From the NCBI GenBank assembly GCA_001662655.1, contig KV460282.1: a stretch of DNA of 64,000 nt. One strand, 5' to 3'. The first letter of the stretch is position 1. Each line of letters starts with the position of its first letter. The DNA comes from Pseudogymnoascus verrucosus. Lineage: Eukaryota. The position numbers and the translations under genes were made by a program. Under the pieces are notes generated by a model, which saw nothing but the letters and a program-made list of their open reading frames with translations, searched no databases and had not been told where the DNA came from. This document shows positions 10,715-21,256 of the stretch, piece by piece.

Positions 10715-11679
10715 GATAGTGTGTCAAAGGATGGACCGTGTAGATTTATAGATTTTGATGAGATTGTATCGAAGTTGGAAGTTGGATTGGATATAGTAGT
10801 CAGAAGATTTAAATATAGTGAGGATTAGGTAAGGATGGAGATAACTAACTTGGTGGCTAGCCGGGTGGGTAAACCAATATATAATTAATAAGATCTGCAC
10901 CATAGGCGAAAGTGTCGGAAGCCACCGTAAATGCCGTAGCAGCCGGTCATATTATCACGGATGGGCATGCATATGCGCTAGCAGAATCCTTGCTTTGTTA
11001 TGTGATAACGAGTTGCCACACTATAGGCTCCTGCGTAGAACTCGTTGAGGATGCACGCAAGCTGATGGGTCATTTTTCGCTCATGTGAGGTATCACTGCA
11101 CAGCTCGTACGCATCCTTATATGTGTAAAGCTGCGCTTGGCAGGTTCTTTAGAATAGTGATATGGTAATTCCGGTATCAGCAAGAGTAGGGCCTAATTGA
11201 TCAAAAGTGAATGGCATAATATATTAATCTACCTATTCTAACTACTATATATACTGTGAAAACTCTGCTCTGGCTTATTCTCAGAGAGGAAATCCTAAAG
11301 CTTTCCTGTCTAGTTGGGCGAGCTCTGGTCTTGGCGCCAGCAAGCTCTCAGTTGGAATTGAAGTTCTTCATGTCACGTGTTCGATATTATCATATAACTA
11401 GCACTCTCTCATATAAGTTAGCCCTATTTAGGCTTAGTTTACTCGCTGAGTGCAACATCCTGGCGCTGGCACAGGATTTTGCTCTCCAGACAATACATAC
11501 TCGATTGAAGCCATCCTTGATATATCAGTTAGCTGACCGCTCGCTCCGGTGATTCGTACCCCGCCTGCCCAACTGAGAGCTCCCGATTTGGCAGCCCTCA
11601 TTTCAGGCACAGAGTGAGAACTCCACAATATGCGAGCGCAACAAATAAGCCAGCGCAACACTTTGTATTAGGAGGGTAT

Positions 11680-11727
11680 AATAGTCAATGTCAGTGTTTT
11701 GGTTGTTCACTCGCTTGTGAAATACGT
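11680..11727 (+). mobile_element. Degenerate pogo-type transposon 3' terminus
   Basis: AATAGTCAATGTCAGTGTTTTGGTTGTTCACTCGCTTGTGAAATACGT resembles the 3' end of the element at 1-392 (AATAGTCAATTTTGGTGTTTTGG...GAAATACGT). It shares ACTCGCTTGTGAAATACGT exactly with the MITE end at 15124-15142. Confidence 0.65.
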
Positions 11728-11817
11728 TGGCTAGTAGCCTTAGTATGTATGTATAGCCTGTTCTCGGCAGTTCCTTTAGATCAAAACATGGCTCTAAACG
11801 ATGACATACCACTTTTA

Positions 11818-12288
11818 ATAACGCTCACGGGCGAAAATGAATATTAAGAGCTAATAGTACGAAAATGATACTCTAATATTTAGCTTATATACCCTGGTTC
11901 ATGCAACCTTTTATTTTAGGAAGTTGTACAAATTTATAAGCTGACGCCACTTGCAGGCACTAGCGTTGTCTAGACGTTAAACCTGCATCTCTTAAGCACG
12001 TGCTTATAGGGGCCTATGCTTACAAGGGCCCATTTATCGTATTTAGCCCTAGGTAGAGTGTGCATTTTCTATAAAGGGAGTACACTTGCCATTTATGGAA
12101 ACCTAGGTCTAGCGTTGAAATGTTTTAAACTATAGTAGCTTACTCTCAATAGGAGGTGGAGCATCTACCCCACATACACTAACTTTAAAGAGGCGTTGTA
12201 CGTAGGGCCTAGAATCAATAAGGTACTAAAGATAGGCACATGATGTTAGAGCTAGTACTATACCACATTACGTCAGCCTTAACATGAT
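11818..12288 (+). repeat. Dispersed ~430-bp repeat, copy B
   Basis: Direct-orientation homologue of 410-855. Retains the palindrome TAAGCACGTGCTTA (11993-12006) and the CArG box CCATTTATGG (12089-12098). Confidence 0.9.
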
Positions 12289-12424
12289 CAAGTTACACCA
12301 CCTTCAATGGGACTGCCGGAGCGCTGACATTATCACCTGTTAAAAGAGGAAGAATATAAAAAGAGCATTACGTGTTTGGTACTATCTTTACACCCGTCAG
12401 TTTTATCTACGATCGGTCTAAATC

Positions 12425-13647
12425 ATGAAGGAAGTCATTGTTCACCCTCGGCCCACACTGCACACAGTGATCCATGATATACCGGTTCCTAGTCCTGGCC
12501 CCGATGAGGTCGTTATAGAAGTGATTGTCGCGGGAAGCAATGTTAAAGGTAGATCCCATCTTGTTTCTAGGTTACCATTTCATTAAGCGAGGTACAAAGC
12601 TGACGGCCACCAAAATCACAGACTGGCTCCACATTACAACACAAGGTCTATCTGTCAACAGCGGTGATGACATTGCCGGCACCATCTCCGCGCTCGGTGA
12701 AAATGTCGAAGCTACGGGCGAATTCAGCATTGGTGATCGCGTTGCTGCTTTCCATCCTATGCTAATGCCTGGAGGAGCGTACGCCGAGTATGCAACAGCT
12801 CCTGCTCATACTGTGTTTAAGCTCCCCAGAGGAACAAGTTTCGAAGGTTAGACAAGTTCTGCTGAGATAAAATTGGATGGTTTCTAATCCGATGCCATAC
12901 ATAGAGGCTGCCACTATCCCTCTCGTTACCTTGACAGCGGCTTTGTCGCTTTTCCGCCGTCAGGGCCTGCCTCCTCCATGGTCGCCACGGACATCGAGCA
13001 TGGAACCAGTTCCTCTCATCATATATGGCGCCTCTTCTGCTCTAGGATCCTTTGCTATCAAACTCGCGAAAATAGCGAATATTCACCCTATTATCGCCAT
13101 TTGCGGTGGCAGCAAGAATTATGTGACCACACTTCTGGACTCGGCTAAAGGAGACACTCTTGTGGATTACCGTGAAGGCATAGACTCCATGAAGGCTGCA
13201 GTCAGGGTAGCGCTAGGGCCACTGGATGCGAAACATGCTCTGGATGCTATTAGTGCGAATGCAACTTGGATTCCATTGTCTCAAATGCTGAGTTCGTCAG
13301 GAAGCCAGATGTCTGTCACCTCAGGTGGTAACAAATACGACGATGCTGAGATTCCCGCTGGGGTAGAGATCAAGTATACGTACGTTGGCACAGCACATTA
13401 TGGTGCGTACAAAACGGGCATGCCGAAACAACCCATCGACAAAGAGAGCGTTGAGGGTGACGTCGAGTTTGCTTATCTCTTCGTACGATACCTGTCACGG
13501 TTGCTGGCTAAAGGCAGGTTTGAAGGCCATCCATATGAAGTCATTCCAGGAGGTTTGGACGGGGTGGCCAGAGGCCTGCAAAAGTTAAAGAATGGCGAAG
13601 CAAGAGGATTCAAGTATGTATATAGAATTAGCGAGACGAGTGGGTAA
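12425..13647 (+). CDS. Zinc-independent medium-chain reductase (trans-enoyl reductase/quinone oxidoreductase-like), 3 exons
   Basis: Exons 12425-12548, 12622-12846 and 12905-13647 join in frame. Motifs AGSNVKDW, NSGDDIAG, GDRVAAFH, GAYAEYA, SFEEAATIPL, LIIYGASSALGSFAIKLA and GGLDGV. Confidence 0.88.
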
Positions 13648-14016
13648 GGAGTGTATACCAGATGCCATGTTGGCACGTTGATGTAGTTCACGGGAAGCTA
13701 TGAAGCAATATATCTCGATATAGGTGTGATAGAGCTCAAATATGCTACTGTTGACCCAGACAGTTGCCATGTGATCGAGGGAGATACTAGCTTTCTGAAG
13801 GAAGCTAGCACTAAGCCGATTAGAATCTCGTAGCTAGAGCTGTAGCTGACTACGGAGCCCATGATCACTCACAAGTTTAATACTCGAATCTGCCTCCCCT
13901 TGCCGGTCCGCGGACACTTCGTCCCCTCTCCATAGTTGGTCATGTCGGCTGAAATTCCCTGCGAGGATCAAATCTGCCCGTGTGCCGATCCGGTTTCGGT
14001 TTTCTAGGATAAGTTA

Positions 14017-14706
14017 ACGTTCGCAATGGTGTAACGAATCACTATGGCGTAATGAACTAAGTTTCGCAACTTCAAATCAATTATCTACTATAATACAACT
14101 AAGCGTACCCAATTCTAAGTTAGACAAATCATCCATAAGTAGGTCCTCTTCAATTTCCTCGATAATACTGTCTTAATCAACCTGTTATGCTCAACCTTTA
14201 CCCTTATTTTTCCATGTCTCATTTTCAATCTATAAAACTACTAACTAGATTTCTTATGTACTTATAATAATAACTCCTTTTAACGCTACTCTTTTACCTT
14301 GCTTGTTTATTCTACATATAGATAGAACACTTTACGTATCTTATAGCTCTTTAACTAAGAGTGTATTTTTCGTTCTTAAAGTCATAAGATATATTTGCAT
14401 ATTAGAGATTTAAGCACATTTTAAGCTTATAACATTAAATTAAGAGCTGCATTTAAGCTATATAACTCTATATTACTATATAACTCTATATTGCTTAGTA
14501 GAGAGCTAATAAGTAATAAGTGATAATTTAGTGTTTATAGAAGTAATGTATTTTACATCTAAGCTAGTTATATAAGTAAGCTAGTTATAAAAACACTAAA
14601 ATGCATTAAGTCTACTATAATAATTAATAGTAACACTAACTTAAGCTAAATCCTCTAATTAAGAGGGTAGGATACTTCTAGCTATTTAATTAATTAAACA
14701 AGGCTA
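14017..14706 (+). mobile_element. RIP-like degraded AT-rich transposon remnant, probably a pogo-type 5' end
   Basis: TA|ACGT start at 14015-14020, with an imperfect internal direct repeat (ATGGTGTAACGAA / ATGGCGTAATGAA). It is followed by very AT-rich, TpA-rich, ORF-less DNA. Confidence 0.55.
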
Positions 14707-15142
14707 ACGTATTTCACAAGCGAGTCGGACACCCAAGCGGGTCGGACACTGAATTTCTCATCTAAAATCAAGAATTTTGTAAGGTAATAACTCAACAACA
14801 ACTTAATAGTATCTCCTAAAAATGTGTATTCAAATTTATCTATACATATAGATTCTGTTTTTCTAGTTTTAGAGCAATTAGACTTGTAGATATTGAGATA
14901 TAATGACCTAGTATAAATTTCGGCGCTTATATTAGCGTTTACACTTAGTATCTCAAGAATTACTATATAGATTATTCCTAGATGATTATGTAGGAATCTA
15001 ACCAAGTATTAAAGGCTAGAAATATAATTTTAATATATATTATTAAGCTGTTGTTGAGTTATTACCTTGCAAAATTCTTGATTTTGGGTGAGAAATTCAG
15101 TGTCCGACCCGCTTGGGTGTCCGACTCGCTTGTGAAATACGT
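14707..15142. mobile_element. MITE / non-autonomous pogo-type element (436 bp) with ~106-bp TIRs and TA TSD
   Basis: TIRs at 14707-14812 and 15037-15142. The first 54 bp are identical and the 5 mismatches overall are all transitions. Flanked by TA at 14705-14706 and 15143-15144. Internal sub-repeat CAAGCG(A/G)GTCGGACAC. Confidence 0.95.
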
Positions 15143-15393
15143 TATATTAAAAGTATTTAAGCTAATTTAATATTTAGTTGTGCAGCTGTGATGCATTTCC
15201 GAGGATTCGGTTTAAGTATGGACCGGAATTGCGAAAGATTCTTTAGAGCATCCATAGCTTTTAAACTTCGCGAAGCCATTCTAACATTTTCTAGTGGGCT
15301 GCATTATGAAGAGTTATGTTGTTGCGATCTTCTAACCCTCCTAAACGTCACCTTCTCGTCCTCGTTAGCCGCCAAATATGTATTCTAGAGGAA

Positions 15394-15690
15394 TGTACTA
15401 GGGAGTTCCCCTATTATGGCGCACTGGCTCAGCTCCTCTCATAGACGGTTTGAAATCACAGAGCACAGCTCGTCCACTTTCTTGAAGCAGAATATTCTAG
15501 AGCTTGATATCGAATGGATTTCGCTTCTGGCTCTAGCCGTTTCCGTTGCGAGGGGTCTAGCTCTACCATAGACTCTTATAGTAGACACATGACAGACATA
15601 GGGGCGGGCACAATACTATAGAATACGGGAGCGCCGGCTATTGATCTGCGGTTCCCTCTATGGTACGTGTTCCAACCCCTATTACCTACA
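15394..15690. mobile_element. Possible solo-LTR-like remnant abutting the kinase 3' end
   Basis: TGTA...TACA ends, ~297 bp, non-coding. No matching TSD (AGGAA/GTGAT). Confidence 0.3.
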
Positions 15691-16357
15691 GTGATGATGA
15701 GCCTACGCCCCTACTAGCCTGCCTCACCTCAAACTTAGCTTCATCGTCGATGGTGTCGTATTGTGGGAATGGCCGGTGACCGGTTATGATATGATATATA
15801 GTTGATCCAAGAGCGAAAAGATCTGTCTTGACGTCCGCAAACTCTTTGTCACAACGAGGCATAAACGACTCTGCATTCTCTGAAGCTCCCCCAGAAATGA
15901 GGATTTCCCCATCGGGGCTTAGCAGCCGACCCTGGAAGTCGCACAACTTAATGTGGAACTCAGCGTCCAGGAGGATATTCCGAGCATGGATGTCGCAGAT
16001 TAGAACGTTTCTCTGGTGAGCATAGGCAACACCTTCAGCAGTTTCCTTCGCGATTCGGAGCTTCTCTCTGATCGGTACTTGCGTTTCTTGAAGATACGTT
16101 TCCAATGATCCGTTTGGCGCATATTCCAGAAGTAAGCCGCCGTCATGCTCTCCCTTAAATTCGATGATACGAGGGTGTTTTCAGAGCCGTTGAAGGATTC
16201 TGGATTCAGCGCACAGAGCAGCTGAAGTCCCTTTGAAGTGGGGGTACTTCAGGATTGTTGAGTCATTGACGAACCCGACGTAGTGGCTACTGCCAGTAGC
16301 AATGATATGCTTCACCAAGTCGGGGAAATAGGGCACGACATAGATATCCCCGTTCAT
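15686..16357 (-). pseudogene. Protein kinase-like pseudogene (fungal expanded Ser/Thr kinase-like family)
   Basis: From ATG 16357 the frame reads ...ILKYPH...ILQRL*KHPRIIEF...LLLEYAPNGSL...ICDIHARNILLD...KLCDFQG...KTDLFALGSTIY. An in-frame TGA lies at 16181-16183, and the C-lobe appears cut short. Confidence 0.8.
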
Positions 16358-16528
16358 TGTCTAGATAGGGATCGCGAGAAGGACGCCTCGTCTCTTAGGG
16401 GATCAAAAAGCGACGGGAATATTGCTATCTTAGCTGGAAGGAACGTCATGACTCGCATCAGAGTCACTAAATGTACATCTGGGAAAGGCCGTAGCCTGAG
16501 CAGGGGTTTGATGGTGTGAAGAAGCAAG

Positions 16529-16600
16529 AAGTGCATTCATTCGCCAATCAGCCTTGCGCCTACGCCGAGGTCCCGTTGGAATCTGCATCCCCTATTGCAT
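16529..16600 (+). repeat. ~70-bp direct repeat, copy 1
   Basis: AAGTGCATTCATTCGCCAATCAGCCTTGCGCCTACGCCGAGGTCCCGTTGGAATCTGCATCCCCTATTGCAT matches 18558-18626. Confidence 0.9.
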
Positions 16601-16867
16601 TTTGAGCTTCCCCGAAGCATTCATATGTTACTGTGGGTTTGTCGATCTCTTCAATGGCTTTGTTTATGCGGTAGTATGGCCTTGTTTTGTTTTAAATGTT
16701 AATATCGATAGATGATTTATGCTGCATTATATTCATGTCCATGCGGTAAATTGACTCCATATTCAGCTGGTGTATGTGGAGTATTATAACATGGCTCCCT
16801 TAGTAATTATATTCAAGAGTACCAAAAATCACATCGCTGCCCATAACTTAACGAACCGCCACCCCAG

Positions 16868-18397
16868 TTACGAATCTGCACCAGCTCTTGAGCTTTCTCC
16901 CCTGACTACTCCACCTGCCTCTTCTACCTGTTGCACATAGGGTTTTCCCAAAGCGAGAGGTACGCCCGGTACAATCTCTTGTTCGAACACCGTGCAAGGG
17001 ACATCGAGAATATGTGCAGGAGTATGCCATTTAAACGTAACTTCGCCAACGGTATCATTGACTCGCGCCTGAGTCGATCCAATATCAGACAACATTTCCA
17101 CGAAAAATTCGTCGGAGAGGACAGTGATCTCCAGCCCCAACTTCTCAACGAAGTCTCGGGACACGGCGTTCACGCTAAAGTTAGCATATACCCTAGCCGT
17201 GATGGTTCGACTTAAAGATTTAGAATTTCTGCTCATTTCTTTAGAGACTTTGCCATTGACCTCTTCATAGTCGTCTGAAGCACCTGGGGCAATGCAATAT
17301 TTCAGGTCCGCTCCTTCGGGAAAACGAGTGCTTGGTGGCTGTGTTGAGCGAACGTCTTTAGAGACTATAATGTTGCCAGCATTATGCGAATCGAACCTAT
17401 TGGACTCAAGGGACTCTTGCATACCTCTTGAGGAAGAAGCTTCTGGAGGTCCATGGTCCGTTCGTCGCTCTTTGCCTTTTCCTTGGCTACCCGTAGCAAT
17501 GATGATAGGCATCGTATCATTAGGAGGTGACGGCGGCTGAGGAGAGCCAGGGCGCTCTTTCTGGACCCGAGTCTTCATTCTTGGGCGCCTCGGGCTTGTA
17601 AACACATGAGCGGTTGGAGCCGGTTCTTTTTTGTACACCCAACAGCCTGGTTCATATAATCCAGTAGCTTCCCTTGCTTCATTCGCATCATCTAACTGCT
17701 TATCGGCAACGTTTATCACATTCTCCACTAGCAAGCCAAGGCGCTGTAGTGTCTTGTCTGTTGCACGCTGGGCATTTGAGAGTTTCTCAAACTTTGCAGC
17801 CATAACTTCTGCTCCTTCAATAAAGTTGGTAATATGTGCCATCGTTATGGCCCTTTAATTATGTCAGCTTATCGTTCCCATTAAGGCATACCAGACTCAC
17901 AAGGTCTCCGGATCTGCCCCGTTCCGTATTTGTACCTCATAAGTCACCGTGGTCATCAAGAGAGCAAGCGATGTTTGCAAAGCACTCATTTCGAAAGTCA
18001 GGTCGCGGACTTCCGACTTTCTTTGATACCACTTGATTTTCGAAATCAGAGTGAGCTCGATTCCGGAAGGCTCCATTGCCAGTATGCGCGGACTAATATT
18101 TTCGACATCCTTCAATATCTCCCTTGCGGACTCTTCGGCACGCTTTAAAAACCGTTTCTTCTTGGCATTTGAGAGCGTGTCCAGACCAGTCTCGTTTGAA
18201 TAATGTCGGAGGAGGCAAGCACACGCCTCATTCGAAGACCACGAAAACATAGACAGCTTGCGAGCAAACTTTCGGATATCCTTTCTAGCTGCTCTAACCC
18301 CACGTGCAAGACAGTACAACTCTTTGGAAAGCGCTCCAGTCGCATTGATCAGGCTCACCAGACTCCCAGCAGGGCCCAGGACGCTTACGACGCCCAT
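16868..18397 (-). CDS. Hypothetical protein (~493 aa): N-terminal HeLo-like/SesA-like (fungal STAND N-terminal) helical domain plus C-terminal degenerate retropepsin-like domain
   Basis: Exons 18397-17901 and 17852-16868 join in frame through a GT...GCTGAC...AAG intron. N-terminus: LGPAGSLVSLINATGALSKELY...VRAARKDIRKFARKL...KIKWYQRKSEVRDL...LQTSLALLM. C-terminus: ARVYANFSVNAVSRDFVEKLGL...VGEVTFKW...LALGKPY. Confidence 0.65.
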
Positions 18398-18557
18398 TGC
18401 ATCTGTATAATATTGTTAAACCGAGATTTGAAATTCCCAACCACCCGTGCAAATGGCAGCTACCCATCCCGCCTTTATCTCACCATAGGAGGCTCAGCAA
18501 TCACGATTTAAGTAGTATACCGCGGATTGCAGCTGGTGTGGTGCATTGCATCTGACC

Positions 18558-18626
18558 AAGTGCATTCACCAATCAGCCTTGCACCTACACCGAGGTCCTG
18601 TTGGAATCTGCATCCCACTATTGCAT
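18558..18626 (+). repeat. ~70-bp direct repeat, copy 2
   Basis: AAGTGCATTCACCAATCAGCCTTGCACCTACACCGAGGTCCTGTTGGAATCTGCATCCCACTATTGCAT, homologous to 16529-16600. Confidence 0.9.
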
Positions 18627-18952
18627 GGCCGTTCTGCGGGCCAAGCACAGCCCGCGCGCATTCGTTCTCGCTATTGGGTATTAAAAAAACAATAAAGAGG
18701 GGAAGTGAAACTGAAGCAATAGGATAAGACGGCTGAGAGTAGTTGAGGACTGCCTAAGTCGGCACTTCCAACATGGAAGATGCAGCCTCGTGTGGCTCGG
18801 CCGGGATAATATACCACCAACCACATAGATGCATAGCCCCAGCCTTGCATACAAGATTCGAATTCTCTCTCTCCGAGGAGTAATTTATAATTCCCTATAT
18901 CACAACCCCCCAACGCCAGCGCTAAGTATTCAAATCAGCCTTTCCCTCAGCC

Positions 18953-19712
18953 CTACTTCTTCGACGTCCCAAACCCGCCAAAGCCCATCATCGCCGCCAT
19001 ATCCTCGACATCATGCTCCCCCTCCACCCTAACATCCTCATCATACTCCGACTTGACCTTAATCTCCTTTTCCCTCTCCTCCCTCTTCTTCTGCGCTGCC
19101 TCCTGCCTCTTCTTCCTCCGTTCTTCCCTCACTTTCTCTTCCTCCTCCGCGCGCCCCTCGAGCCGTTCCCGGAGTGTTTTCACGTCTCCCTTGCGCTCTT
19201 CTTCCATCTTTGTCCAGATCCGCTCGATGCGCTTGTGTACATCCTCTGCGCTCGCGCGCTTGACTTCGCCTGTCTGTCCGATCGCGCGGAGATGCTGCAT
19301 ACTATTCTCATGCTACAAAATATCAGCATAACGCCTTCGTCGTAGTCCAAGATAGAGTACTCACCTCAACCCACTGCAAATTATCCTTAAAAGTCAAATC
19401 ACAAGCCTCACACCAAAACCCCGCACCCCTCCCCCTCTTCCCCGTCGCCGCCCCCGCCGGCAACAGACTAATCTTTCCCACATTCCCCGAAACATCCAAC
19501 CTGCTCTTTCTTGCCTCCGTGAGCGTCTCGTCGCCTGTGAGGGGGGCGTAGTATTTCTTCCCCGCGAGCTTGGCTTCGTAGCGGAGCTTGCCTTCTTCCT
19601 TTTCGGCTGCTTCGCGGACGCGTGCTTTCTCGGCGTACTCGGCGCGGTCGTATTTTTTGCGGAAGTCGGTGTCGGAGGCCGCGGTGCCGTAGGCGCCTTT
19701 GCGTTCTGTCAT
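18953..19712 (-). CDS. SNU23: U4/U6.U5 tri-snRNP zinc-finger protein Snu23 (ZMAT2 homologue), 2 exons
   Basis: Exons 19712-19365 and 19312-18953. DTDFRKKYDR, matrin-type Zn finger GAGFWCEACDLTFKDNLQWVEHENSMQH, and C-terminal MAAMMGFGGFGTSKK. Confidence 0.9.
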
Positions 19713-20014
19713 GGTGGTGGTTCGTGCGGGGTTGCCGCTTGTGAGGGAGGGATGAGTAGAGTGGTGCTGGCTCGGGGCGAGTGGAGGAGATGTTGGGATG
19801 TTGGGTCTGTTTATTGTAGAGATGGGAAGGTGGCGACGATGTCGAGGTATCCCCCGATAAGAGCTCCATCAAAAACCCTTATCGTGTTTGTCCTGTTTGC
19901 ACCCCCAAAATTTCCTGCCCCTCCACCCCACCAACCAACCCCTCAAGGTCCTCCCCTCCCCTCAAGGTCCTCCCCTCCCCTCCCTCCCCTCCCCAAACAC
20001 CTCGCACAGCAAAG

Positions 20015-21024
20015 ATGCTCTACCTCATTGGCCTCGGCCTATCAGACGAGACGGATATCACCGTCAAGGGGCTTGAGATTGTGAGGAAGGCCGCGAGGGT
20101 GTATTTAGAGAATTATACGGCGATTTTGCTGGTGGAGACGAAAGTTTTGGTAAGTTTACCCCGTGCTGTGTGTGGGATATTGGGAGGTTTTGCTAATGGG
20201 ATGTAGGAGGAATATTATGGACGTCCTGTTATAGTTGCCGACCGCGAGATGGTCGAGTCAGACAGCGACTCCATCCTCAAAGGCGCCGAGACGGAGGACG
20301 TAGCCTTCCTCGTTGTCGGGGATCCATATGGGTACTTCCCTCCCCTCCTTTTTCCACAACCAAAGCACCCCCGGGCTCCCCTACTTTCTCAATGCTAGCT
20401 ACTAACCCCCCCCCCAGAGCAACAACACACACCGACCTAACCATCCGCGCCCGCGAGCTCTCCATCCCCACAACCTGCATCCCCAACGCGTCCATCATGT
20501 CCGCCATCGGCGCCGCCGGTCTGCAGCTCTACAACTACGGCCAAACCGTGTCCATGGTGTTCTTCACCGATTCCTGGAAACCCACCTCCTTCTACGATCG
20601 CGTTAAAGAGAACCGCACTATTGGGCTGCACACGCTGGTTTTGCTGGATATTAAGGTTAAGGAACAAAGTTTGGAGAATATGGCGAGGGGACGACTAATT
20701 TATGAACCGCCGAGGTATATGACGGTTGGACAGTGCGCGGAGCAGATGTTGGAGAGTGAGGAGATTAGAGGGGAAAATGCGTATGGGCCGGAGAGTTTGG
20801 CGGTGGGAGCGGCGAGGGTGGGGGCGAAGGGGGAGACGTTTGTTAGTGGCACGCTTAAGGAGTTGGCGGAGGGAGCGGATGAGGTGTTGGGGGGACCGTT
20901 GCATAGTTTGGTACTGTTGGGGAGGAGGACGCATGAGTTGGAGCATGTGTTTGTGAGGGAGTTTGCGCTGGATAAGGGGAGGTGGGATGAGGTTTGGAAG
21001 AGGGATTATGAGGGGAGAACTTAG
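20015..21024 (+). CDS. DPH5: Diphthine methyl ester synthase, 3 exons
   Basis: Exons ~20015-20149, 20207-20331 and 20418-21024. [52 protein letters not shown] and [14 protein letters not shown]. Confidence 0.95.
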
Positions 21025-21256
21025 GGGGATGAGTGGGTGGAGTGAAGCAGACAGATATAGTAGAGGAGAGAAGCTGATTTAGAGACCTTTGGAATACTCG
21101 GTTGACGCGGTGTGGTATTCGATATCCTATCCCTCTGCACATTTCGCCTCTCGTAACACATAAATAACCATTACCCCAAAACACCATTTTCAACTCCCCA
21201 AAACCAGACCAAACAGAACAGCCACCCGCACACTCACATACCCAAACACTCATCAC

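Noticed and set aside
14694..15005. 103-aa ORF inside the MITE
   Set aside because: AT-rich chance ORF overlapping a TIR, with no transposase motifs.
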